Source: the human T2T-CHM13v2.0 reference genome, Homo sapiens. Taken from it: a stretch of 64,000 nucleotides of DNA. The stretch lies in the NCBI RefSeq assembly GCF_009914755.1, contig NC_060933.1; one strand, 5' to 3'. The position numbers and the translations under genes were made by a program. Shown here piece by piece: positions 37,321 through 51,426 of the stretch (position 1 is its first letter; each line of letters opens with the position of its first letter). The notes below the pieces were generated by a model. It was not told the origin of the DNA and did not search any database. It was given only the letters and a program-made list of their open reading frames with translations.

Positions 37321-39197
37321 GACTATAAATAAATCTATTATTTTCTATGCGTGTACAGTAAGTTTCTCATTCTGTGTAGGCAGCATTGGTGTCACTATGA
37401 CTTATAAATGTTTATTTTACTTAGATTTCTCCAGGATTATGTTTTGAGCAACCTCCTGATAAGGCTGTGTACTTTTTTGCTTCTAGCCAATGTGTTGCTC
37501 AGTTTTTTCTGTTGCTGTTTTTGTTGTCATTTTATGGAACTGAGTAGAATAGTAGAATGACATATTTCTTTGAAAAATAAGCTTCTGAGTTGAGCAGCAA
37601 ATAACATAATGCTCTTCTGGTTTTGCTTTCCTAGCTTGCAGTAAAGACCCTCTGAAGAATCATCTGAAAGGGCATTTGAAAGTCCGTAAACAAATGTACG
37701 AAATATTAAGAGAAATTTTATGGTCAACAAAGTTTTAAAGAATGTATTGCCAACTGAGTATGTGAGTGCTTTGATATTCATGGCAAACTTTGACCCGAGA
37801 GAATGAATGTAGTGCATTTCTAATTAGATGTTCTTGCATGGGAGAGAAGAATCATAATTTTAATCCCTGATATATAGCATTTTAGTATGCTGACCTTTTA
37901 GTAAAGGTGCATGCTTGATTAGAAAACATTTGAAACACACTTGCCATTGGAAGACAGAGTTGTAAATGCTAAAAGCAGTGAAATGAGCCCCCAACTCAAT
38001 ATAGACTCTCTGAAGGTCAAAAAGAAGCAGCCCATCTATTTAACTGCCCAAGTATATGAGGCATTCATCCCAGTACAAGGTAATTTCATGATAAAAAGCA
38101 TTTAAAAAAAAGCAATGGCACTACATCAGGCCAGTTTATAGTCTGTATTAATAAAATTTCACATATTTGTATATATATATATATATAGATGTTTTAGTAA
38201 TAAAAATTTCAAATTTTAGAAACTATAATTTTTTCTGTTCCATCACATGATAGCAATTTTTATTCTAAAGTTGATCAGATTAAGAAGGCTGCCAGTGAAA
38301 TAGAACAGGCTCATCAGCAAGAAAACAATTCCTAATTACTTTCTCAAAGAAAAATTCCCGTCACTAAAATTTGTTGTTGTTTCGCTTTTCTGAAGCAATT
38401 AATGGATTATGTTCTGCTCCACTGAATTTTTAAACTTCCTGATATTTTATGTAAGCCACTGTCTGTAAAGGCCACCTTTAGAATTGTTGCATCAGCACAA
38501 ATGAATGAGTTTGAAAACAAAATAAGAAAGCAAAGCAAAACTGGTGACTTGAAAAATAACATTTCAAAGAAAACAGAAAGGGAAATAATTTCATGTTTGG
38601 ACTTTCAGTGTTTTATATTTTATATTCTTAAATAATATATCAGGGCCTACTAAGATATTTCTTGGTACATAGAAGGAACTCATTAAATTTCTGAAATATT
38701 TTTATTCACTTCAGTTTTGTAAAGCAAGAAAAGCTAATAGGATTTTTAACACGTATTAAGTATTACTATAAAATAGAGATGAGATGTAAGTTCCCAAAAT
38801 CCTGAGAATTGCTATTTGAACTATTTAAATAAGGATTTGTCAGGTTTATATTACCCTTATACTAATTCAAACTGAATATGTAGCCTGATTGTTTCAATTC
38901 ATATTCACCATTTAATCATAATATTAAACAAAAATTATAAAAAGCCATTTGCTACCATTCACAAATATTTTTATATTTCAACATGTGTTGCATAAATATT
39001 CTGCAGATATTGTATGTTTCTTATGTAGTGATAACTATCCTCAAGATGTAATCCACACTTTGGATTTCATGGAGTATACTGTTCTGCTTTTCTTACTCAT
39101 ACTTTTGACCTACGTGCAGGGCAGTGGGGTTTATGTGAGATGTTCCTTTGTAATCTCTAAGTAGTATGCTCATTTTCTAACATGCATATGATATATT

Positions 39198-39460
39198 CTT
39201 TTTTTTTTTTTTTTGACACAGAGTCTCGGTCTGTCGCCCAGGCTGGAGTGCAGTGGTGCGATCTCGGCTCACTGCAAGCTCCACCTCCGGGTTCACGCCA
39301 TTCTCCTGCCTCAGCCTCCCGAGTAGCTGGGACTACAGGCACCCACCACCACGCCCGGCTAATTTTTTGAATTTTTAGTAGAGACGGGGTTTCACCGTCT
39401 TAGCCAGGATGGTCTTAATCTCCTGACCTCGTGATCCAACCGCCTCAGCCTCCCAAAGTG
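39198..39460 (-). mobile_element. AluY, 5'-truncated, with TSD
   Basis: AluY diagnostics (gcaagctcc, gttcacgccattctcc, tagccaggatggtc, acctcgtgatcc). Ends at cccaaagtg. TSD atgatatattctt/aagacatattctt. Confidence 0.95.
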
Positions 39461-40700
39461 AAGACATATTCTTAATATTTTTCAGGCCTCATTGCTTGCC
39501 ACTAATGAGAACTGGGGGTCATAATCTAATACAAGAAAGAGTGAGAAGACTAGTGGTAACAAATTAAAATACCATGAGATATCTTCTGTGAAAAACAAAT
39601 CATGAATTGTGTACATTTGTGAAACATAAAATAAATAAATAATTACCAACATTATAGGATCTTTAAAGGATCTAAACAATAGCAACATTGACTAGTGAAA
39701 CTGAACAAGAGACTACTGAGGGAGAGAAAGTAAGGCTATTATTCCTATGTTAAAAACAAGTAAACAGAAAAATGAAGAAAAAGAGAAGAAGAGTAAATAA
39801 CTTTCATTGGTCAGAAAAGCAATTTAGTAACTGAGGCAGTCATTTCACAATGGTACTAGGCCAAGAAGTTCAAAGCATCATTTTCCCTTTGTGCAAAATC
39901 CAAACTTTCCAACTACTAAAGTGTAAACAGTGTAACAATAGTATAGTCAACACAAGCTAATATAAAATAGACTGAAAGGAGGAGTAGGAATGTTCTGAGA
40001 TAAGGGTAAGGAAAGGGATCAGTGTTGGAAAGAAATGGCCCAGGAGTGGTCTCACTCAGAAAAAGAAAACTATTGTCCTTAACTGTAGCTGTAGAAATTG
40101 CTGGAGTTGTTTTAGTTTTAGAGAGAGATCTACACACACATATAAAGATCCTAACCCCCTCCTTGACTCTTTACCAGTGTGTCAGTCAGCACATTGTTTA
40201 GTAATCAAGATTGCTCAGTCTTTGCTTTTACAATGAATCCGACCTAATCATAAAACCAGTGAGTAATTATAAGAGGGAATTTGGGCACTGTTAGCAAAGA
40301 ATTTGAATTATTAACCACTGTTGAAGTCAAGATAGAAACACAATATTTCTGGAACGTAATTGAGAACATGAAAGAGCCAGGGAGCAAGTGGGTTGGGATA
40401 GCTTGGTGTGAGGGCAAGATCCTGGATATATGAAGCCTGATTAAACACTTGATATTTGGGAACATTGAATTAATAAGTGGAATTATAATTTTGATTTTCA
40501 GTGGTAAAAAATGTCTTTCAGTCTCTCTTGTATGCTCTAAACATGAATAATAAGGTCCTAATTATTCTTCAGTGATTTTCTTTTATTTAGACATATTAAC
40601 TTAAAACTCATCTTGTCTTTTTAAAGGTAAAGTTTTAAGTCAATTCTTCTCTAAACTATTGTTTTTGCTGAATGTGTGTATTTTGTGGCTGTCCACAGAG

Positions 40701-41090
40701 TGTGACAGCATTCTCTACCTCATCCTAAATTAAACTGCATGTTGAGACTGATGACATCATACATGCACCAATAAGATGTGAAAGAATTTCTTACTCATGT
40801 ATTGAGGATTTCTAAGGACAGGCAGGTAGTCAGCTAAGCTGATCTGAAGTGGCTTGATTGAAGAGAGTGACAAGTGTCTGGTTCTAATTTTTAATGGGGG
40901 AGGTACAGAGTGAAGGTTCAGAGGGCCGAAGTTTGCATGGTTTGAACTTCCTCCCTAGTTCAAGGGAGGGAGGAAAGGGGCAAGCAGGCATTCTTGTCTG
41001 TTTGTTCATATGCAGGGCAAGAGGACAAGGGGGAAGAGTGGGGCTGAAAAGGGGCCAGCATTCAAATCTCAAAAATGGAGTCAGCCTAAA
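40701..41090 (-). mobile_element. ERVL-type LTR (MER70/MER76-like; uncertain)
   Basis: tgtgacagcattctctacc...gttgagactgatgacatcatacatgcacca...gtttgcatggtttgaacttcc...aaaatggagtcag. Confidence 0.5.
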
Positions 41091-41492
41091 AGGAAAAACA
41101 AAAGAGAATATAATTTTATTTGGAGACAGAAACGTCAGAAATTAAATAAAAAGTCAAACTCTACACTCCAGTTTTCTGTTTTAGTCATGAAGCCTAATAG
41201 AAACTTTCCTCTATAAAACGAGGCTTTTCTCATGATTCATTTGAGGTGTACCTACTCACCCTCAACATTCACTGCAAATGACAAATGTTTTCTATTCTTA
41301 AAAGACCTACCTTGAGTCTCCAGATGGAGTTAAATTTTCCTCCTCTATGTTTCCTTAGGGATTTATTTATATTTCTATTATAACATATCCCGTTGTGTGT
41401 ATTTATTGGTTATATTGTCAAAATGTGTTTCCCCTGCTTTCCAGAATTTTGGATGAAAGCCTGAAGCTTAGAAAAGTGTGCTCATAAGGACC

Positions 41493-41958
41493 CTGTGCTG
41501 GATGCCTCCCATCTGCTCCCCCAACCTTCTCCATCTTCTTTATTCTCCTCTCTATCCTATGTAAAACATACTAGATTATCTCCCCCTCTGGCTTCTGTTT
41601 CGTTTTAGCCAGTGAGGGACACTAACAGATTCAGAGGAAACAGAGTGAGGTTAGGTGATTTATTCCTCTGGCTCCATCTCTATAGTTCACCTCGGAATGA
41701 CTAAAGCCTTCATGGGAGATTCACAGCCTTCCTCAAGAGAGCCTCTCTATTCACTTTCTTTTCTGGTTTCTAATAGAGGCCCCTTCCTCTTGTTTGTCAG
41801 AGTCCTCAGGTTCTGGTTGGTTTATGAGCCTAAGATCATAAATTATATTTTATGATCCCCTTCACTCTGTCCACACCTTTGTCAGTTGTCTTATTATTAA
41901 ACTCTTCCTGAAATAACATGAGTGCCATTAACTTGTTGGAGATATGATTTATAGATAC
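41493..41958 (+). mobile_element. LTR33-like ERVL LTR
   Basis: ccctctggcttctgtttcgttttagccagtgaggg; gagtgaggttaggtgatttattcctctggctcc; tccacacctttgt...attaaactcttcc...gagtgccat. Confidence 0.7.
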
Positions 41959-42259
41959 TCTAAGATTATTGAAAACTCCTAGGCATACTTATACAGAAAT
42001 TACCAGGGGATGAACTGAAATTGGAAACTTCATCTTTATCTTACCATAGAACTTCTTAAAAGGAAACCAGAAATTCAGGAAGTTCATTGATAATTTTTCA
42101 AGCATAGAGAACACTTTGACTTATTCCTTCTCCTTCCAAAAAGATAAATAGGTTGTCAGTAGTAAGAAAAGCCTGGCAATTTATTGTCATGTTACAGAAT
42201 TTTTGGGTTACAAAAATTATAGAACTATCTCCATATAGTTTCTTCAATGAAGTGTGGCA

Positions 42260-42712
42260 TATTTATTATCTGTTGCTGCCATAACACATTGCCACAAACA
42301 TAATTGCTTGAGGCTATACACATTTATTATTTTAAGTTTTCGAGGTGAGTAATCTTAATTGAGTCATATAGGGCTAAAATCATAGTGTCTCAGAGCTGCT
42401 TTTCTTCAGGATGCTCTAGGGAAGAATCTGTTCCTTGTCTTTTTCTAAGAAAAGAGACTGGAACATTCCTTGGCTCATGTCCACATCACTCTGACCTCTG
42501 CTTCCAGCTCCTTCTTTTTCACTGACCCTTCTGCTTTTTTCTTATAAGGACCCTGTGATAACATTGGACCTACCAATATAATCCACTCATTTCAAGATTA
42601 TTAATTTATTCACATCTGCTAAGTCCCTTCGTCATATAAAGTAGCACATTTACAGGGTCTGAAAATTAGGGCATAGATATATCTGTGGGGGGTGCATTTT
42701 CAGCCTACCACA
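42260..42712 (-). mobile_element. MLT1C/D-like MaLR LTR
   Basis: gctgccataacacattgccacaaac...gggctaaaatca...ctctagggaagaatctgttccttg...cttataaggaccctgtgataacattgg...cagcctaccaca. Confidence 0.85.
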
Positions 42713-43636
42713 TGTAATGAGAGACTTTTGGGGTAAAGAGGGATATGTGTACCTTGGAAATTGAGACATTGTGAAAATAGACTCTGATTCATGATTACCA
42801 AGTGAAAATTTTGGAAACTAAAGACAAAGTGTTGCAGCTTGCAAAAATACAATAGAGATTAATTGTCATTTAGATAAATTGCATTTTCATCGTTTTAGCA
42901 GAACTAGAATATGTGGTCTTCTCTGGGCTAAGTGGACTCCTAGGAAGTAGATAGCTTGAGTCATTGTGGAGGGACTCAATTTAGAAGGGTTTTTCTAGGT
43001 GGAGAAACTTCAGCAGTAAGTAGTTGTGTGTGGCATACCACCAAGAGCATACTTTGAGAGTAAGTGTGGTATCACAAGATCAGTAGGAGAGGATCATGTC
43101 TCTTGTCAGAGAATAATGCAGTATGCCATTGCAGAGAGTCCCTAATGTAACCAACCACAAATGCAGTGGAGAAAACATGTGAATGTCTACAATAATAGCA
43201 GGCATGATGACCAGGGAAATATCATACAAAGAGATCATTAAAACAGCACCAAGTAAATAAGATGATCTTAGCACCTTTTCTTCTGTCCTCTACCAACCGT
43301 GACCCTTAAATAACAGGGAGAGGAGAGGGGATAAAAAAGGAACGTTAGATAATTGGCCAAGCTTCTCTTTGCTGCACATGATTCCTGAATCACAGGAAAT
43401 AACTAAGATGAGGAGGGGAGAAATCATTGGCTTTATGTGATATTCTGCTTTGTATTAGACTGGACTGCACTTTTACTAAGTAAACAGATTTTTCTAATTA
43501 TAGAAATTAGCTAATATATGCTCAGGAAAGGGATAAAAAATGAGAGAGAATACATTTAAGGGCAGTGAATATTAAAATATATACCATATTTATTTTTAAC
43601 CTTTCTAATCCAGCCCATTAAAAAAAAAACTGGACA
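42713..43636 (+). mobile_element. Possible ancient Gypsy-type LTR (MamGypLTR-like)
   Basis: tgtaa start and ...ctggaca end; gaggaggggagaaa...gactggactgcactttt...gggcagtga motifs. Weak recall only. Confidence 0.3.
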
Positions 43637-44371
43637 AGTTAGCAAGTCTTTCTCTTTTTCAACTTTTAGATTCTAAGTCCAAAGAAAGCAGGATTTTTTT
43701 CTAGTCATCTGACATCTGATAAAGCTGGGCCTCTGAATCCCTCTCTTCATCTGTCTACCCATGAAAGGGAGTCTTTCAGATTAATGCACCAAGTTATGCT
43801 GGAATCCATGAAATATAAAGAAAAAATATTTTCTTGTAAATGCTCTTTTCTGACAAATGTGAAAAACTTTAAAAATCTCTAAAGCACTGAAAGAATATTC
43901 CTCATTATTCTCATATGGAGCCTATAAAATTGTTTTTTTGTTTGTAGGGCATCAAAGTGGAATAAAGTTAACAAAAGCAGCAACAAAAAAAACAATAACA
44001 CAAACACATGAAACAACAAACCCAACAAACAAGAGAGAAAAAATTATTTAAAGTTGGTGAGAAGATAAAGGAATAAAAATGTGAAAATGAAGGAAAACCA
44101 GAAGAATGCTCTTCATATTAACTCCATGAACCTTAGAGTAGAAAAGAAAAACTGCATTTTCCATCACTTTCTAGAAATCCAATGTGTTTATTATCTGCAA
44201 ATATAGTAGGCACTGAATAGACATTTTCAGAATGTGCAGAAATTTTCATCACTAAGATAACATTTCATGGGTCTATGTCTTGCATTCTATGGTTATCCAA
44301 CACTTAATTTCCTAAAATCTGTTTGGTTTACTAGCATATTTACTTTGAAAAACTTTCAAAAGAAAATTTAG

Positions 44372-44689
44372 GTTTTTGTTTTGTTTTGTTTTGTTTTGTT
44401 TGTTTTTTAGAGACAGAGTATTGCGCTGTCACCCAGGCTGGAGTACAGTAGTGTGGTCTTGGCTAACTACAACCTCTGCCTCCCAGGTTCGAGCAATTAT
44501 CCTGCCTCAGACTCCCAAGTAGCTGGAATTACAGGTGTGCACCACCACAGCCAGCTAATTTTTGTATTTTTAGTAGAGATAGGGTTTCACCATGTTGGCC
44601 AGGCTGGTCTGGAACTCCTGACCTCGTGATCCACCCGCCTCAGCCTCCCAAAGTGCTGGGCTTACAGGTGTGAGCCACCGCGCCCCGCC
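44372..44689 (-). mobile_element. AluSg-like, full length, with (TTTTG)n tail
   Basis: Dimeric Alu with acctcgtgatcc. TSD aaaatttag at 44363-44371 and 44691-44699. Confidence 0.95.
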
Positions 44690-45610
44690 CAAAATTTAGT
44701 TTCAATTAAAGCAAGGCATATAGCCACCATGTCAGAATTCTACAAGAATGAAAAGATAACTTTTTTCTTAATCTGCATAAACATTACTAATAAATATGTA
44801 ACTACAGAATAATTAGAACTTACCATAATTGTTTGGATTAATATATTTTTGAATGTATTTACAATTTATTATGTTAGCCTGCTTTTTCTGTATAGGGTCC
44901 CCATACATGAATATAATAATAAGATATAGGCAGTTACCATGAACCAGTAGCTACTATTTCTCCATTTATCCTCAGATGTTAAATAAAATAAAATTATCAT
45001 TATACCTAGTTATTGGTTTTTATTAAATTGAATTGATGTTTTTGTTTTGAAAAACCATGTCTATAATAGACCCCATATTCAGTGGTATGGATGTAATTAT
45101 CCTAAGGTGTTTTTGAAGGGCTACACCATTACTTTATCAAAATATTATTTTAGATGTTTTTCAAATTAATGCTATGAATGGATTGTTTCAACTATAGAAA
45201 ATATCTTTTTTATACTTCACCCTTAGTGTAGGAATTGTAGAGAATGAAATATGCAACATGTTTATAGCCATTGATGTATAAATCTAGTTCACTTGTTAGA
45301 GTCCTGATATTGCTGGAGGGCCTTTATAAAAGTTCCTGTGTATTAGGTCTTCATTAAATTGTAGCAGTTAATGTGTAACTACTTTAGGCTTTCTAATTCA
45401 TTGGTTTAAGGTAGAAACTTCACAACGGTTGTGTAAACTTTTGGCAAAAACAAGGGGAAAGGCCCATGGTAGTAATAAACTTATTCATTTTAGAGATTTT
45501 GCTGACCATGTCATTGTTCAGTTTGAATTTCCATTTCTGCTAGCATTCACTAATAGATTAAATATTTGAATGTGAAAGATTCATTTATCATTAAAACTAC
45601 TCAACACACC

Positions 45611-46346
45611 CGTTGACAAAAAGAGTCAAACTCTGTAAGATATTTGAAGAGATTTATTCTGAGCCAAATATGAGTGACCATGGCCTGTGACACAGCCCTC
45701 AGGAGGTCCTGAGAATGTGTGCCCAAGGTGGCTGGGGTACAACTTGGTTTTGTATATTTTAGGAAGGCATGAGACATCAATTACATACATTTAAGAAATA
45801 CATTGTTTGGTTTAGAAAGGCGGCACAACTCAAAGTGGGGGCTTCCAGGCTACAGGTAAATTTAAACATTTTCTGGTTGACGGTTGAGTTTGTCTAAAGA
45901 CCTTGAATCGCTAGAAAGGAATGTTCAGGCTAAAGATAATGAATTGTGGAAACCAAGCTTTATTGTACAGAGGAAGCTCTTATCTGACTTTAGAGAGAAC
46001 ATGTTGTAAATTGTTTTTTTATTGGACTTAAAAGGGTGCCTGATTCTTAGTTGATTATCTCCTGGATCTGAGAAGGAAGGAAAGAAAACAAAGGGGAGAA
46101 GGGATTCTCTACAGAATGTGGATTTTTCCCACAAGAGACTTTGCAGGGCAATTTCAAGGTATGGCAAGGAAATATATTTTGGGGTAAAACATTTTGATTT
46201 TCTTCCTTGTTATGCCAGAGTTAGATTGGAAAGTAAGTCACAATAGGGTTAAACAAAACCCATCTGATGAGAATTTGTACGGCATGACTCCTCAGACCTC
46301 TTAGATAGGAATTTGGGAAAGACAAAAAATCAGAGCTTAGTCCTCA
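45611..46346 (-). mobile_element. MER4E/MER4D-like ERV1 solo LTR
   Basis: Reverse complement starts tgaggactaagctctgatttttt. MER4-group core acacagccctcaggaggtcctgagaatgtgtgcccaagg. Near-TSD cacc/catc. Confidence 0.85.
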
Positions 46347-47922
46347 CATCCAAAAATTGTATTTTTCCTTCCCAATGTACCCACATAATAATTTTATAGA
46401 TTTAAATTAAAAATAGAAAAGAATCCATAGGAAATTTCTTGGAAAATCCTAAGGATCATTAACAAATTGAAACCCCTATCTTTAATCTCAGGAATGAATG
46501 GTGAAATAAAACAGGAAATACACATGCCTCACATGAGGTGACCGATTTTGGAGATAAATTACCTAATTTGGCCAAGTCATTTAATTTTATGGAAGAGATA
46601 AGTTACCGTGAAAAGTGCCTTGCCCTATTTCCGGAAAAAAGAACACTTTGTTCTTCTAGCCATAACCTGATGCTCACATCTGACAACAACTAAAAGAAAT
46701 GGCACAACTTAGCCTCTTGAACTGCAGCAACCACAAGAGAACAAAGAATTGGAGAAATAACTGTGAAATGATTGAGTACAAATGAACCATTGTATGAAGC
46801 AATTCAGATAAGTATTTTGAGTCCAGTATAAGAAATAATGTTTTCAGGGAACATTACTTTGACTAGTAATTATGTAACTTGTAACTTATGGTGCTACTGA
46901 CTCTGACTTTTCAGATTTTGTGAGTAATTTTAACTTAGAAATATATTGTTGGGAAAACATACAGTTTTTAGTAAGTCAATTAGAAATAATGAGGAGGTTC
47001 TCCTAATAGAATTGCAACTTATCATGTCTTTTCTCAGTATTTTTGATTCAAGTAATATCTATTATAGGCTAGGCAAGCATTATCAGTGTTGAAATTTTTC
47101 TCAGCCCATTTTTTAACTCTAGAGAACTAATACTGCCGAAGATTTCTCAGAATATGTGTCTGCAATTCCCTTACATGACTCCTGGGTCACTGAGAAATTA
47201 TTAACATTTAGTGAACTTTACACAATTAGCTCTGTCCTTTGGGTTTTCAAACACATTTCCCTTATCCTTACACTGTGTATGGGAAAGGAAAATTTACAGT
47301 GGAAATAGAGTCTTACAGCCTTCTTCATTAAAGTCTCCCATGGCACTTTACAATCATTAAAAGTTATAATTAGCACTGAAGTACATTCAACTCCTAAAAG
47401 GATCATTTTTTAAACTAATAACTTTTTTCAACATCTGTATTTTAAAGTCTCAGAACGGTTTAAGTGCTCCCGACTTAAACATCTAATGACTTCCTAAGCA
47501 CAGAGAAGAAACCAAAGTGTTTTTAAATGCTCTGAAACGTATTTCTGGATACCCTCTAGACTCTGTTCATTGAAAACAGTCAACTATTTTTCTAATTGAA
47601 ATAGGGTTTCCTTAATTGTTTTAAAAAAGTGTTAGGTAAAAAGATGAGTAAAGAGACTGTGATAAGAGTTATGAATTTTACTCTGTATCTTAATCATGTT
47701 ACTAATTAAAGTTAGGCCTTTTTACTCATCTTCTCTGTTATGTATTTTAGGAGTTTAGCTTTTAATGGTAGACACTGTTGCTTGCGAAAATGAAGTATAT
47801 ACACAATACCTTCTCCCCAGTCATCATCCAGGTGTGGGTATATATGTAACACAAGTCAAGCCAATGTCATTCTCTGGAACTCTGAAAGATCTAACATTTT
47901 ACAATACTTGCAAGCCAACAAA

Positions 47923-48505
47923 TGTGAGTGCGACAGTTTCATGAATGCTAGCAGAAGAGACATCAAACTGTTCTTTTCTGCATCAAAGAACAGTTATTAG
48001 TCACAGCAACAGCAGTAGCCAGAGTATCATCATTTTCTTGTGCTGGTTCCTAGTCAAGGCAAAGCTGACAGATCTGGCCAGTAAAGAGAGGACAAGACCT
48101 TTTTAAATTAACATTGCTTATTATGTAGATAGATAGCGAAAAGCAAGAAAAACAAAGGTGCCTGCTTTCCATGTAATTTATCTTACAGAATGGCACATAC
48201 ACAAAAGGGGGCAGATGACATGGCAATATAACATGAGTGTTGGGAGTCTGTCACTGAAGAGATGAGGCCATGCTGTAGCTAAGCAATCTTAGAGCTTTCA
48301 GCTGTTACCCTGAAGAGGTGAAGCCAACAGACTCATACATGTTCAGAAACCAGGGGGCTGTGAAAAAATACCTCATGACAATCTCCTAGGAGAATAGGAA
48401 GGCAGGTAGAAAACTTCTATTGTAATTTCTATGCACAAGTTTCCCATGATCTCATGTTCCAGAAGAATCATGGGGCATTCTGTCTAAGACCTACATCAGC
48501 CACAG
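47923..48505 (-). mobile_element. ERVL LTR fragments (MER54/MER74-like; uncertain)
   Basis: agtttcatgaatgctagcagaagagac...ttattagtcacagcaacagcagtagccagag motif. Confidence 0.45.
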
Positions 48506-48715
48506 TTAAGACTTGGCTGTGTAGCGCATGCAGCGATGTGCAAGGTTACAAGGGTGCCATCGTGGAGTCAATTCTCCCAGGTCCCCAAACCTCAATTTCC
48601 ACAGACAATACAGTGAAACCCAGACGAATCCTGCACAGACATTAGGTTGCACTACAGAAAAGGACTGAGTTAAGGAAACCTTTTTATGGTGTGCTCCAGC
48701 AAAGATGTCCACCCT

Positions 48716-48993
48716 TCATATGGTTTAGATGTTTGCCCCCTCCAAATCTCATGTTGAAATGTGATTCCCGATGTTGGATGTGGGAGGTATTGGATCATGG
48801 GGCCAGATCCTTCATGAATGGTTTAGTATTATCCCCTTGGTGATGAGTGCATTCTCAGTTAGTTTACGGGAGATCTGGTTGTTTAAAAGTCTGGGGTCAA
48901 GCCCCGTTCATTCTCTTGTTCCTATTCCGACTATAGGACATACTGTCTCCTTGTCACCTTCTGCCGTGATTATCAGCTTCCTGAGGCCTCACC
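48716..48993 (+). mobile_element. MSTB-like MaLR LTR, 3'-truncated
   Basis: atggtttagatgtttgccccctccaaatctcatgttgaaatgtgat...tggatcatggggccagatccttcatgaatgg...gcttcctgaggcctcacc. Confidence 0.85.
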
Positions 48994-49489
48994 GTACATG
49001 CATGTGCACATGAATGAGCTTGAGAGAGAGACAGGGACTGACACAGAAAAGAGAAAGAAGATGGTATTTGCTTAAGTAAAGATAAGCCAAATACTCTGTT
49101 GCTTGCATTTGAAAGCATACCTAATCAAAACAGCTTGAAATCAGAAGGAAATGTATAGGTTGATTCCTTGATACTTCATGCTTTCACAAATCTAACTTCT
49201 TGAATGGAGCTAGGTTTCCTTTTGATGTTGTTAGTCCTAAATTAATATTACTGCCCTCCACTTAGTTGTATGACTTTAGGAAATATATATAAATTCTCAC
49301 TAGGCTGTTTATACTTCCATAGCATTTGGTATAACGTTATCTCATTGGCTTAGTGATAAGATTAAACTAAAACAAACATAACTATATCTCCTGAGTCCCA
49401 TATACATGATTAATAATTTTCAGTTGGGCTTATAGCAAAATGCACCTACGAATCTTCTGTGAAGATAATGGTGTTGAAAACTTCCTTTA

Positions 49490-49802
49490 GGACCAGGCGG
49501 GTCACGCCTGTAATCCCAGCACTTTGGGAGGCCAAGGCATGTGGATCACTTAAGGTCAGGAGTTTGAGACCAGCCTGGACAACATGGTGAAACCCCATGT
49601 CTACTAAAAATACAAAAATTAGCTGGGTGTGGTGGCACATGCCTATAATTCCAGCTAGTCAAGAGCCTAAGGCACAGAATTGCTTGAAGCTGGGAGGTGG
49701 GGGTTGCAGTGAGCTGAGATTGTACCACTGCACTCCAGCCTGGGTGACAAGTGAGACTGTGTTTCAAAAGAAAAAAACAAAACAAAACAAACAAACAAAA
49801 AA
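49490..49802 (+). mobile_element. AluS (Sx/Sz-like) with small 5' deletion
   Basis: Dimeric Alu with (AAAC)-type tail. TSD gaaaacttccttta/gaaatcttccttta. Confidence 0.93.
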
Positions 49803-50254
49803 GAAATCTTCCTTTATTCAGTATCTGCTTCAAAAAAGTTGCTAATTTTTAAGCACGCGATTAAAATCAGAAGTTTAACAATTTTTGTCTATATTTTATA
49901 TTCCTGAATCGTATTTTGTGATAATGTATATTATGAATTTTTTTAAAAATTGCTGAATTGTTATGGAGCCAAATAGTACAGGATTAATTTAGTTGCCTTT
50001 TATTTTAGCGGCACATGAATTTACTTAATTTGTTTACAGAGTCTCAGTGAAAATTTGATATTTTAACTTATTCACAAACTAGGTAATATTTGTTATTTTT
50101 TGTTTTATTTGTCATCTTTATTGTGTTTTTCATTCCATAGCATTATTTTAGGTAAACATATGTTTACCTGCAGGGGAAAAAAACAGGAACTGCTTTTAAG
50201 ACCAGGAGAAAATTTGGCCTTTAGATGGAGTAACATGTTTTTGAAATTTTATAC

Positions 50255-50469
50255 ACGTTTAGATTCAATTTGGTAATATTTTTGTGGATTTTTGAATCTA
50301 AGTTCATTAAGATACTGCTATGAAGCTTTTCTTTTTTGTAATGTGTATCTGGCTTTGTTCAGGGCAATGCTGGCCTCATAGAATGAATTGGGAAGTATTC
50401 ATTCTGTTTGTAATTTCTAAAAATGATTGTGGAGAATTGATGTAATTTCTCCCTTAAATGATTGGTAGA
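50255..50469 (-). mobile_element. Old L1M ORF2 fragment (left half of an interrupted element)
   Basis: gctggcctcatagaatgaattgggaagtattc...cccttaaatgattggtaga. Confidence 0.8.
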
Positions 50470-51130
50470 TGTATCATAAGAACTATTAAAAGCTATAGAA
50501 ATATATGAAATCATTTGTGATAAGCATATAGAAAAAGTAGAGAAAAGATTAGGTCATTGTAGCCCTGAGTGGTTGTGTTAATGAGCTATAAATAGGTTAA
50601 ACGTGATTATGATAATATTATATTAATTATAATAAGATAGAAGATGCTATTATTCTAGTACACCAATCAGAAAGAACGAAATAAGAATTTTTCCACAAAG
50701 TACTGATGTGGAAATAAGAATTCTAAGTGTGAGGGAGAGAGTAAATGTTACCAGCAATTGGCCTGAGTTCTAGCCAAATGGTAACATTGTGGCTTAAAGG
50801 AATTTGAACTTAGTGATTTTATATTTTTCTTCAACTGCAGCCCTAGTTATAACAATAGTCCTATCAAGTGGTAGAAACTTAAGTCCCCATGTTTCACAGA
50901 TGATAGTAAGGTGCCCGACAAGGAAAAGAGCTAAGGAGTTTGAGTTTCTTTCCCTTCAGCCCCCTGCTGCTTTCATGACACCATGACATTTCCCTGGAGA
51001 GAGAACCCCCTAGAAAGGTATCAGGTGATAGCATTTAGGAACCTTCTGCTGATTTGTGATAAGCTTATTCCAGTGACTTAGCCTTAATACTAAGCTTATC
51101 CTAGTATTAATGATTAAAAGGTTGGATGAA

Positions 51131-51426
<296 letters not shown>

